Below are positions 1 through 9,200 of a stretch of 64,000 nucleotides of DNA, piece by piece. The stretch covers positions 15,570 through 79,569 of the forward strand of contig JACPBO010000002.1 in assembly GCA_016180285.1 (NCBI GenBank), in the 5' to 3' direction. The stretch is from Candidatus Woesearchaeota archaeon. Lineage in GTDB: Archaea; Nanobdellota; Nanobdellia; Woesearchaeales; JACPBO01. Position numbers and translations under genes: made by a program. Numbering within the stretch: position 1 is the first letter of the stretch; each line of letters begins with the position of its first letter. Below the pieces are notes generated by a model. That model was not told the DNA's origin and did no database searches. It saw nothing but the letters and a program-made list of their open reading frames with translations.

Positions 1-630
1 GAATCTGGCTATATGATTGCTAAAACCGCCTGCAGGCAAGACATCCTCCTGATTGCCCGTCGAATAATCTTTAATTAACGTACCTTCTAACGGGCAGCCA
101 CTAGATTTGGTTATTGCAAATATTGTTAATTTGTTTTTTTCAGCAACTTTGAAGTCTAATGTAAATAATGCGTCATTTTTTATTATCGCAGGTTCAGCTG
201 CAGCATCTTTTTCTTTAGCGCTAAATCGGCATTTGTCATTCTCATACTTCAACGTAAACTCTACAAGCGATATTTCCACATTTCCGCCATTTTCAGTCAG
301 CTCTATTGCATTTCCTGCAGGCAGCCTGTTTTCCAGAGAAGTCATCTTGCATCTGCATTCTTTAAAAGGGCTGAGCTTGCATTCCCTGTATTCTTTAACA
401 AACGTATTGTAAAAATCATAGTTTGTCAATGGCTCTATCTGCTGGTCTTGGCCCGGAATCTTAAACCCAAGGAATGCTTTGATGCCTGCAAATGCTGTGC
501 TGTTCCATAAGAAAATGACAACAATCACAACTAAAATAACGATGATTGCTCTTATAATCGGGCTGAATTGAAAATCGCCCTTTTTGTTTATCCGCCAAAT
601 ATCTTTTTTATTCCTTCCCATAGCTCCCAT
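1..630 (-). CDS. Hypothetical membrane-anchored protein (partial; C-terminus beyond window start)
   Basis: Hand translation of minus strand from ATG at 630..628 runs to position 1 without a stop (~210 aa). N-terminus MGAMGRNKKDIWRINKKGDFQFSPIIRAIIVILVVIVVIFLW: short basic segment plus TM helix, resembling the N-terminus of ORF 769..1644 (MRNKKAIGKTSDIW...). Not in ORF track as a single ORF; start uncertain (alternative Met at 621). Confidence 0.35.
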   Translation of the reverse strand, partial: MGAMGRNKKDIWRINKKGDFQFSPIIRAIIVILVVIVVIFLWNSTAFAGIKAFLGFKIPGQDQQIEPLTNYDFYNTFVKEYRECKLSPFKECRCKMTSLENRLPAGNAIELTENGGNVEISLVEFTLKYENDKCRFSAKEKDAAAEPAIIKNDALFTLDFKVAEKNKLTIFAITKSSGCPLEGTLIKDYSTGNQEDVLPAGGFSNHIARF

Positions 631-738
631 CCTTTTCCCGAAAGCAGGCTGACTATTATCAGCAATGCAAGAAGAATTGCCAACGTAATCAGCAAGCCGC
701 CAAAAGCATTCCATTCAAGCGCTTTCTTGTTTTTCATC
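588..738 (-). CDS. Small membrane protein (49 aa), pilin-like N-terminus
   Basis: Minus-strand ATG at 738..736; MKNKKALEWNAFGGLLITLAILLALLIIVSLLSGKGWELWEGIKKIFGG; basic N-terminus + hydrophobic helix; stop overlaps start of downstream ORF. Below ORF-track cutoff. Confidence 0.25.
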
Positions 739-768
739 TGAATAAGCTGAATCTTGTTTTATTTAAAC

Positions 769-1644
769 TTAACTGAAATAGCTTTCAAACGGATCAACTC
801 CTAAGTCAACACACTTTATTGATAACGGCATATAATCATAAGGAACTAGCATGACCATTGGCGTATATCCTGCCAAATGCCCTGCGGCAATTATGCCGCC
901 AATCCCTGCGCCGATGGCAGCAGAACCGCCAACAGTAATCAAAATGACATTCAAACCAGGCACAAACATCGCAAGGGTAGCCGCTGTTACCAGTCCGCCT
1001 GCTCCTGCTCCCGCGCCAACTCCTCCGCCAATTCCAAGACCTTTCCAAATCCCCTGCCAGTTAGTTTCTTTAGTGGCGTAAAGCACTGTAGCATATCTGA
1101 CTTTTGTTGAAATCTTGGTTTTATCTTCCCTGTAATACTTAATGACCTCGTCTGTTGCCGGAGCTCCATAAAAATATTCATAGTATTTTTCGTCTTTGCC
1201 AAGAACATTGTGCTCTGTAAGGTAAAGCGCAAATCCATCAATGTCCTCGGAAAACCCTTCAAACGTGTTTATTGAGCAGATAGCGCAGAACTCATATTTA
1301 TCTACAAAAGGGTTTAATGGCGGCTTTTCATTTGCTCCAAACTTGTCCCAGCATCTTTTCATTGTCTGGGCAAGCTGCTCCCTCACAGCATCTTTGTTCT
1401 TGGAGTCTTTTATTGTGATTGGAACTGCTTTGCATTCTTTTAAATCCTTTCCCATGCCTGTTTCTGCAGCGATCTTAACTGCAGTCCTGCATTTCTCGTC
1501 TTCGCCAACTCCGCGGGCGCTATTTGCCCATGCAGTAAGCCAGGGAATTCCAAAGAAAGCAAGAACAGCAATGCCAAGTATTAGGCTTACAAGCACAGCA
1601 TTCCATATATCGCTGGTTTTTCCAATCGCCTTTTTATTTCGCAT
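769..1644 (-). CDS. Membrane-anchored protein with class-III-signal-peptide-like N-terminus and glycine-rich C-terminal segment
   Basis: ORF track 291 aa; N-term MRNKKAIGKTSDIWNAVLVSLILGIAVLAFFG (basic residues then TM); C-terminal region GLGIGGGVGAGAGAGGLVTAATLAMFVPGLNVILITVGGSAAIGAGIGGIIAAG is low-complexity Gly/Ala-rich hydrophobic. Confidence 0.5.
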   Translation of the reverse strand: MRNKKAIGKTSDIWNAVLVSLILGIAVLAFFGIPWLTAWANSARGVGEDEKCRTAVKIAAETGMGKDLKECKAVPITIKDSKNKDAVREQLAQTMKRCWDKFGANEKPPLNPFVDKYEFCAICSINTFEGFSEDIDGFALYLTEHNVLGKDEKYYEYFYGAPATDEVIKYYREDKTKISTKVRYATVLYATKETNWQGIWKGLGIGGGVGAGAGAGGLVTAATLAMFVPGLNVILITVGGSAAIGAGIGGIIAAGHLAGYTPMVMLVPYDYMPLSIKCVDLGVDPFESYFS

Positions 1645-1753
1645 TAAAGACTCCTCCTAATTTCATGCCAACAATCACAAGAAGCAGTATAAAGAAAATT
1701 ACCGCAAGTATTATCACAATCAGCTCCTGAGTCATTGATTTTTTTGATTTCAT
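1634..1753 (-). CDS. Small pilin-like TM peptide (39 aa)
   Basis: Minus-strand ATG 1753..1751; MKSKKSMTQELIVIILAVIFFILLLVIVGMKLGGVFNAK; stop overlaps ATG of 769..1644 gene (A-ATG-CGA-AAT-AA). KKS-MTQE-hydrophobic pattern like other class-III-like N-termini in this window. Below ORF-track cutoff. Confidence 0.3.
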   Translation of the reverse strand: MKSKKSMTQELIVIILAVIFFILLLVIVGMKLGGVFNAK

Positions 1754-1853
1754 GCTGGTCTTTTTATTATATTGGCTTTCAAAACAAATAAATATTTAAA
1801 TCTTTGTTAAAATTTAAGTAAATAGGTTTTAAACATGCAATAGTTAAACCAAA

Positions 1854-3605
1854 ATGCTCGAAAAGCTCGTTAGTTCAAAATGGGGGAAACGATTTATTAG
1901 TCTAGCTGGCGGCTTATTCATAGGCGCTTCTATTCTATCCAGCCCAATAACTGCATCTGCTGAAGAAGCTGTATTGACAGTACTCTGCCATGGAATTAAA
2001 GGCAGCTCTGGTGATATGAATAGGATAGAAGATGTTGTCAAAGACCAATCTTATGTGCTGAATGTTGATTACCCGAGCACAGAAAAAAGAATAAAATTTT
2101 TTTCATATGACTTGGATATTGTGATAAGAGATAGGATAAAGCTGCTTGAAAATAAAAATGTCAATGTAAACCGCATTGTTTTTGTTGGCCACAGCATGGG
2201 CGGCCTTGTTGGAAGACACTATATAGAATGCGGCAATGCTAGCTTTGCGGATGTTGTTTCGAAAGTCAAGGCAATTGTCATGATTGGAACGCCAAATCAT
2301 GGGAGCCCATTAGCTGATATTGTGTGCTATCATGCTGCCTTGGCAGGAGAAAGGTATGATGCAATTCCTCCTTCAATAATCGAACAGACAAAAGGCCCGA
2401 AATCTGACCTCTTAAAGATGCCTTCATTAACAGAGCCTCTTCACGCCAAGGGCATCAAAGGTTTCTTGGATGTGCTTACAAAACCTACAACGCTAATCAA
2501 CTTCGTCGATTCTAGCTGGGGAAGAAGAGCAGTTTATGATTTAAACTCAGCTCCAGACGGCTTTATTGAAAGTGAACTGAATAAATTTGGTTTAAAGCCG
2601 GGCGTTTATTATTGCGTTGTTAGAGGAAGTGATAATAATTTTGCAACAGGCTTTTTGATTAAAGGCCCTAGTGATGGCGTTGTCCCTGCTGAAAGTGCAG
2701 ATTTGATTGATAAAGTGAGCAATAAAGAAAATTACAGATTAGAAACTGTGAATGCAAATCATTTGAATATTACTGAAAACAAGGAAGTCATAAGAGTAGT
2801 TAAAGAAATTGTTGAGAGGGGAGGATCTAAAACTATTGTACTGCCTCCTTATGCAAAAATACCCCCTATCCCCAGGGGTTGGAGTTCAGAGGCACGTAAA
2901 GTTGAAATAATCCATAGCGAAAGAAAAGAGACTATTGATTCATTTGTGCATACGCTTTATAAAAACACAGTCGGGATGGAGTTTGTCCTTATTCCACCTG
3001 GACAATTTATCATGAGCAAACTGGATAACAAAGCTGATCGGAGTAGTGTGCAAATAACAAAACCATTTTATGTCGGTAATGTGTATGTAACGAAAGGTCA
3101 ATACGATGCTGTAACGAATAACAAAAACATTATTGACATCTATGGTGAAAATCCTTTTACCGCAAGCGGACCCGTTGAAGCCACTATAGATGATGCTCTA
3201 AATTTTTGCAGCATACTCTCGAAGAAAGAAAAAATAACATATCGTTTACCAATGGAAGCAGAATGGGAATATGTATTTTTCCCAGGACCTGCTACGAAAT
3301 ACTATTTTGAAGTCAATAATAATTATTTTAAAAACAAGGTCAAGACCAGCATCATAACAACGGCTTTATTTGACGAGTCACTAGCCAAAAGGTTAGGCGT
3401 AGATATAAATTGGATAAAATCTATACCTGTAGTGGGGTGTGGTAATAATGTGCAAGAGCTATGCCAAGACTCTGCAAAAGGAGGATATGTCACACGATAT
3501 TTTATCCAGCCAAGCAATACTGACAAACAATCAACAGGGCGCAATGAAATTGATATTAAAAACGCCGCCAATATATTTTTTCGCGTGGTAGTAGAATCAA
3601 AGTAG
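1854..3605 (+). CDS. Secreted PGAP1-like alpha/beta-hydrolase (lipase-like) fused to FGE-sulfatase (SUMF1-like) domain
   Basis: Signal peptide MLEKLVSSKWGKRFISLAGGLFIGASILSSPITASAEE. N-terminal half has HG...GHSMGG...GTPNHGSP (PGAP1-like/DUF676-type nucleophile elbow GHSMGG and downstream TPNHGS motif). C-terminal half FVLIPPGQFIMS...YVGNVYVTKGQY...YRLPMEAEWEYV matches the FGE-sulfatase/DUF323 signature (RLPTEAEWEYA). Confidence 0.7.
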   Translation: MLEKLVSSKWGKRFISLAGGLFIGASILSSPITASAEEAVLTVLCHGIKGSSGDMNRIEDVVKDQSYVLNVDYPSTEKRIKFFSYDLDIVIRDRIKLLENKNVNVNRIVFVGHSMGGLVGRHYIECGNASFADVVSKVKAIVMIGTPNHGSPLADIVCYHAALAGERYDAIPPSIIEQTKGPKSDLLKMPSLTEPLHAKGIKGFLDVLTKPTTLINFVDSSWGRRAVYDLNSAPDGFIESELNKFGLKPGVYYCVVRGSDNNFATGFLIKGPSDGVVPAESADLIDKVSNKENYRLETVNANHLNITENKEVIRVVKEIVERGGSKTIVLPPYAKIPPIPRGWSSEARKVEIIHSERKETIDSFVHTLYKNTVGMEFVLIPPGQFIMSKLDNKADRSSVQITKPFYVGNVYVTKGQYDAVTNNKNIIDIYGENPFTASGPVEATIDDALNFCSILSKKEKITYRLPMEAEWEYVFFPGPATKYYFEVNNNYFKNKVKTSIITTALFDESLAKRLGVDINWIKSIPVVGCGNNVQELCQDSAKGGYVTRYFIQPSNTDKQSTGRNEIDIKNAANIFFRVVVESK

Positions 3606-3660
3606 AGTCTGTAAGATTACGCAAAGAAAGATGTCACTGGATTAAGTACAAATAAACTAG

Positions 3661-4188
3661 TCATCCCCCGCAAATATCCAATCTAAAATATAATAATCCG
3701 GATGCCGACTGCAGGGGCTGGCTTGCACTGTACCATGTTGTGCATTCGCCTTCAGTTATATTCAGCATTGTTTCTGTGCATTTTATTTCATTTGACATTC
3801 TGTTTGCTGTGCATGCTGTGAACTTAAATGCATTGCGTTTAAATGTTTGTTTTAAGGTTTCATCAAGGATGTCTGTGACAATAAAATTAACATGCTGGCA
3901 TGAATCTTCTGTTGCTGCTCCTCTCAAACAGCTTATATGCGCGCTTGATTTTGCGCAGTCTGCATAAAGCTCCCAGATCTCATAATTATTGCAGTCTGTT
4001 GTTGTTCCAAGCAATGTCGACAGCGTATTTGAAGCAAGCTCTGACTTTATGTATCTTTCCCTTGTTGTTGAAGCCGGCTTTGAAATGATATAAACCAGCG
4101 CAAAAAGCAGCACAAACGATATGAGTACAACTACAATGACCAGGCCAAGAACTTCAGTCTGTGATTTTTTATTCAGTCTGGCTGCCAT
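3661..4188 (-). CDS. Type IV pilin-like protein (class III signal peptide)
   Basis: N-term MAARLNKKSQTEVLGLVIVVVLISFVLLFALVYIISK: basic stretch, small residue, Q-x-E, then ~22 hydrophobic residues; cysteine-containing extracellular domain; last gene of a tight minus-strand array (overlaps upstream gene by 16 nt). Confidence 0.55.
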   Translation of the reverse strand: MAARLNKKSQTEVLGLVIVVVLISFVLLFALVYIISKPASTTRERYIKSELASNTLSTLLGTTTDCNNYEIWELYADCAKSSAHISCLRGAATEDSCQHVNFIVTDILDETLKQTFKRNAFKFTACTANRMSNEIKCTETMLNITEGECTTWYSASQPLQSASGLLYFRLDICGG

Positions 4189-4679
4189 GATTGTATTGTC
4201 AAGACTCCGAAATTTTTTCTGTCGTTTACAGCATCATAAATAATGATAGGGATATACGTGAGATAATATGTTGAGTAGTTGGCTGTTTTGTTGTAAAGAA
4301 CCCACTCGCCATCTGGCAGAGTAAGTGCTGGATAAATCTGGTTGATTTTTATTACGCTAAACCTGAAAAGGTCATAATAGTAGCTGTTATTCAAGTCTGG
4401 AGGATTAGGCGCTATTATTTTATTGAATGCCCCGATCTTATACAAATCAAAGCTTATGTAAGTGATATTTTTGTAAGTTTGCTGCAATTCAGGAAGGAAC
4501 TGTATCAGGTTTGCTATTTCAACTGACTGCTGCCTGAATGCCTCTTTTGTGCTTTCTTTTACTTCGCCAGTATAGAATTTCGCATAAAACACCATGCCGA
4601 TAAAGACCATTATGATAAATATGAAGATCACCATTATCGTTTCCCCCATTTTCATCAGCTGGGCTTTTGTTTTTTTCAT
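4173..4679 (-). CDS. Type IV pilin-like protein (class III signal peptide)
   Basis: N-term MKKTKAQLMKMGETIMVIFIFIIMVFIGMVFYAKF; 168 aa; abuts neighbours (4679/4681). Confidence 0.5.
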   Translation of the reverse strand: MKKTKAQLMKMGETIMVIFIFIIMVFIGMVFYAKFYTGEVKESTKEAFRQQSVEIANLIQFLPELQQTYKNITYISFDLYKIGAFNKIIAPNPPDLNNSYYYDLFRFSVIKINQIYPALTLPDGEWVLYNKTANYSTYYLTYIPIIIYDAVNDRKNFGVLTIQSWQPD

Positions 4680-4680
4680 T

Positions 4681-5757
4681 TTAGTAGATCAGAGGGCAGG
4701 AATTTGATTCTGCGTCTAAACTTTGTCGAATTAATGCAGTTGCATCGGCATTTATTGCATTCATTACACTTGTATCTGCTGAACCAAAACCGCCATCTAA
4801 TTTTGATATCATATCATCCAACGCGGTTGTTGTATAATATGAGCAATGTGTTGCATCTGCACCAATAAGCTCATTTCTGTTCTTGTACAGTTCAGCCATT
4901 ATCTTGTATTTCCTGAATGCTTTTTCCATGTTGCATTTGTAATTCTCGGCATCTTCAGCGAATACTGCTCCAATCAAAGAAGGCACTTCAAGAAAAGGAA
5001 GTGCATTACCCGGTTGTACTCGAAAATATTTTGAATTTGCATCATACTCATAAAATTTTACTTCGTCATCATTTATACTTACTGCAGTAATCTGATTTTT
5101 CATTTTATCAAAAAAAGAAGGTGCGTTTGTTATGTCGATCGTGCCTGTAGCAGCATTAAAAAATATAAATTTTATTTCATAATTATTTTTATCCTCCAGT
5201 TTATCGTCACTTTCAACTGTGAGCTTGCTGATATCAATTATCTCTTTTGATATTTTTTCAGGCAGCATATCATAAAACTCTTTTGCCTTGTCCTCTGTTG
5301 TTGCATCCTTGACTAAAATATACCTCACTTCCGGGCTCGTAATATACAGAAAATTCATAATAAAAAATGGCGATTTCCATTTCATTGTGTAAGTAACCAT
5401 CTCTCTCCCCTTTATGTAATCCGGCGAAAACAATACTGTTGTTGCCAATGACTCTGAAACTCCTGTTTTTTCTATGTTAAAAGAGGATGTTGCTTCTTCA
5501 CAGACAAAATTGATTCTTTTATTTGGGGTTCTTATCAGATTTTCCCTGCTTTCCTCTGTGCCGAGCTTTGAGTGCATTATTATTGTCCTCAAATTGTTCC
5601 TTACATCTTTCGCCAAGTTAGTTTCTGCAAGCCCTCTCTGCCAGTTGACAATTGCAATAAAGAATAGAAGTATAAGCGAGCCTGCAATTAGCACAAAGAT
5701 CCAGTTGAACTGAACCTCGATAACAGCTTTTCTGTTAAGATTCCGAGATTTCAACAT
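4681..5757 (-). CDS. Type IV pilin-like protein (class III signal peptide), 358 aa
   Basis: N-term MLKSRNLNRKAVIEVQFNWIFVLIAGSLILLFFIAIV; overlaps upstream gene by 23 nt. Confidence 0.55.
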   Translation of the reverse strand: MLKSRNLNRKAVIEVQFNWIFVLIAGSLILLFFIAIVNWQRGLAETNLAKDVRNNLRTIIMHSKLGTEESRENLIRTPNKRINFVCEEATSSFNIEKTGVSESLATTVLFSPDYIKGREMVTYTMKWKSPFFIMNFLYITSPEVRYILVKDATTEDKAKEFYDMLPEKISKEIIDISKLTVESDDKLEDKNNYEIKFIFFNAATGTIDITNAPSFFDKMKNQITAVSINDDEVKFYEYDANSKYFRVQPGNALPFLEVPSLIGAVFAEDAENYKCNMEKAFRKYKIMAELYKNRNELIGADATHCSYYTTTALDDMISKLDGGFGSADTSVMNAINADATALIRQSLDAESNSCPLIY

Positions 5758-6262
5758 AGTTGCCCCTGCCTGTTATTCTGAATGTGGCTCTGCCAGAAGA
5801 GGCATCTGCGCATAAAAACAAAGGGTTTGCAGAATCTGTAAGATCTGGGTCCGGAATATTGATTTTTCCCGCATAAAATGATTCAACTGATGCCTTGCTT
5901 TTAACCAGAAATATATTTTTCTTAACGCCTGAGCTGATGCTGTTTTTTATTATGGAGTTCAAGCTAGCAGAAGGTGATGAACTGCCTATCAGGCCATCAT
6001 CAACAAAGCATATCTGATTATAACCCGCAGGAAGCTTTAAATCCAGAAGCTCGGAACTGCCTGCCTCTGTTGTTATTGCGCTTATATCCCTCTCCAAGGA
6101 TGTCTTAAACCTTATAAAGTCCGCCTCTGTCGACTTCACCATTAAATCGCGTATCGCCTTGAATCCAAAAATCATAACTAACGCTATAACTAGCAATGCA
6201 AGTATGAAAACAAACACAAGATTTTGAACTTCTGCTTTTGCCATGTTTTTATTCCGCATCAA
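5735..6262 (-). CDS. Type IV pilin-like protein (class III signal peptide)
   Basis: N-term MMRNKNMAKAEVQNLVFVFILALLVIALVMIFGF; overlaps giant gene end (6249) by 14 nt, indicating co-transcription. Confidence 0.55.
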   Translation of the reverse strand: MMRNKNMAKAEVQNLVFVFILALLVIALVMIFGFKAIRDLMVKSTEADFIRFKTSLERDISAITTEAGSSELLDLKLPAGYNQICFVDDGLIGSSSPSASLNSIIKNSISSGVKKNIFLVKSKASVESFYAGKINIPDPDLTDSANPLFLCADASSGRATFRITGRGNYVEISES

Positions 6263-9200
6263 GATTTGACAGGATTTTCTTTGCTTGGGCTGCTGTTATT
6301 AATTTCTGGTCTGCAAGATTCAACAAAAGAGACCTTGCGTCTGATTTTGCGATTTTATCCAGCTTTATCAGCTGCGATAATATTTCTTCTGCAAGTCCTC
6401 TTGTGATTTTCTTGGTTTTAAGAAGATTGGAGAATGTTCTGCTGAGGTCTTGCTTGGCTATTTTCCTTGATTCTGCCAATGCAATCAATTTCTTTGCATA
6501 ATCCCCTTTCAAATTATTCTTTATAACCCCTTTCAATCTTTTAAATGCCTCATCCTTATCTGTTTCTTTCTTTAATGCAGCTGGTTTTTCTTTTGTTTTA
6601 ATCTCTTTTTTCGGTTTTTCAGCCAATATTCTTAATTTAGCAAAAATATCTCCCTTTACTTCAGGCTTTATTTTTGTTATTCCCGGATTTTCTTCTGCAA
6701 CGTCTATTTGTTCAACCTGCTTTTCTTCAGTTTTTGCTTCGGTTGGCTTTTCAGCTATTTTTTCAGGAGTATTTTCTTCTTCAAAGGCATTGAAAACCTT
6801 TTCCCTTTCTTTTTTCTCTGCTGCCCGCTTTATTTCCATGGATCGATGCGCAGGCCTTTGCATAAATCCCGGTTTTGCTTCCGGTCTTGACAGTGTTATT
6901 GGCTGCTGCATTCTTGGCGAATAGTGGGGCTTTTTCTTCTGCAGATAAGGCTTGTAGTAATATTCATAGAATGCATAGCCTCCTCCGCCGAGTGCTGCAA
7001 TTATCAGAACAGCCAATAATATCGGGAACCAATTGAAGCCCCCTGATTTTTCAGGATTTGGTTCAGTTGTTGAGCCGGTTGTTTTTTCAGTGCACTGGCT
7101 ATTAAGGCAGTAGTTTGTTGCGCAATCTCTTGAAATTAAGCATGTTTTTCCAACATGGCATTTGGGGCAGTTTGATCCGCCGCAGTCCTTGTCAGTTTCA
7201 TCATTGTTTTTTACATTGTCGCTGCATGTCTGGTTTATGCATTTTTTATTCGGGCTGCAATAATTTGTTTTGCAGTCACTGTTGGACAGGCAATTTTTAT
7301 CCGGGCTGCATGGGTCGCACCCTCCGCCGCAGTCTATGTCTGTTTCATCTCCGCTTAATTTAGCATCCTTACAGCTGTCGATGTTTTTTTTGCATATTCC
7401 TGACTTGCACTTTAAATTAGTTGCGCAATCGTTGTCTTGTATGCATTTCTTGCCTTCTGGGCAGTCTGAGCAGCTTCCGCCGCAGTCTATGTCTGTTTCA
7501 TCTCCATTCCTGATATCATCGTTGCATGAAGGATTGGCGCATTTCTTAGTTGAATTTGGGCAATAGCCGCTCAGGCAGTCTGAATTTATCAGGCAATTCT
7601 TGCCGCTAATGCAACCCGCGCATTGTTTGCCGCAGTCCACATCTGTTTCTGTGTCGCTTTCAAATAAAAGATCTATGCAATGGCCTGGTAGCTTTGATAT
7701 ATCGACTGTCACGCCATCGCTGGACATAACGTCGCTTGTCCAGTTCGCATAATCAACTGCCTTTACTTTAAATTTGTATGTTCTTAGGTTTGTTAAGTTC
7801 AGCTTTGTTCCATTGCTCTGCATCCAGTTTGGCTCATTGTCTTTCGTTAACCAATACCATTGGTCATCTATTGAGCTTGTTGTCCAATTCACAACCACAT
7901 TCAAATAGCTGTCTTCCAGTAAATATTGATAGTACCATATCCCCGATCCTGCATCAGTGCCGTGCCATTTTGCCTGCAGTCTGTCAGAGAAATATGAGTA
8001 TTGCGTATTATTAGCTAAATTGCTGGAATCATCAACATAGCTCATATTCGGCTTCTTTGTGTCAACTAAGAAAGTGATTGTTACTGGATCAGACCATAAT
8101 CCTGCAGCGATGCACTTCGCATAATATGTGTTTGAGCCTTCCTGCTGACCGGGGGTGTGCTTGTGGCGGTAGCCTGTTGTTTCTGAGAATAAATAGATCA
8201 TTGAAGAGCTGCTAATTCCCCAAAAACATTCTGCATTTTTATTAGTGCCTATATCTATCTTTGTTTGGTTCATATTGCTGTATGCAAGTGTATAAACTGC
8301 TATTGTGATTGGAGCGCTAAGGTTGACTGCAAAGTTTATGGCGGATGTTGCTGATGCCCAACCGGCGAGATTCTCGCATGCAACGTAATATGTATAGCTT
8401 CTCTCTTCCAGCGGAAGGTAAAATATCTGGCGGTGTATTGTATTGAATTGCTTTTGTGCATAGCTTGAGAAGTTCCCTTCCATCAGGGCATAGTTCTGTG
8501 TTGTATTGCTGTATTTGCAGAGTGTTGCCTCGTTTGTCTGAACATTCAATGTGACATTTGGAGGGAATTCCACCACGGGCGATGGGTTTGCATATGCTGT
8601 TATTATTTGCGGAGGCGATGAATCAACTCTTATGATGAAGGTCACATTCACCAGGCCTCTGATGGTATCATTGCATCTTACGTAAAAGTTATGGTTGTTT
8701 TCGTCTGCTAAGTAGATGTTGTATAATTGATGCGCTGTTGAATTTGAACTATCAAAGCCGGCCATGTTGCTGAATGACTGAACCGATATATCAAGGGTTT
8801 GCCTGCATTGCACAGCCTTGTCTGTTAGCAGCGTTATATTGAACCTTTGTGTCGATGAAACATTGTAAGGTGGCTGTATCATTGTTATCACTAATGGAAT
8901 TGCATCGATTTCGAACAAGGTGCGCGAGGATACTGTGTTGCCAGCATAATCGTGTGCTGTTATTACCAGCGTTTTACTGCCATCTAAAAATTGCTGAGAC
9001 TTTGTAAAAAGCTTGTTAGATGATGATGAAAATGTTGAAATGTTTAATGACGCCCCATTGACAGTTACGTCATCCAAGAAAACTTTTTCACTGAAGTTGA
9101 ATATTATTGCCATTGTTGCTTCTAAAGAATAATTGCCATCTTTCGGGCTCTGCAAAGTCACTGTTGGCGGAGTTGTATCAACAACAAATGCTTTTGCAAA

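Noticed and set aside
107-412. Plus-strand 101-aa ORF at the window start
   Set aside because: Lies entirely antisense to a longer minus-strand ORF (1..630) with membrane-protein features; low-complexity Ser/Phe-rich translation typical of antisense AT-rich artefacts.
7115-7566. Plus-strand ORFs with repeated PPQSMSVSSP peptides
   Set aside because: They are antisense shadows of the tandem Cys-repeat DNA in the 1749-aa minus-strand gene; the repeat is real at DNA level but these ORFs are not genes.
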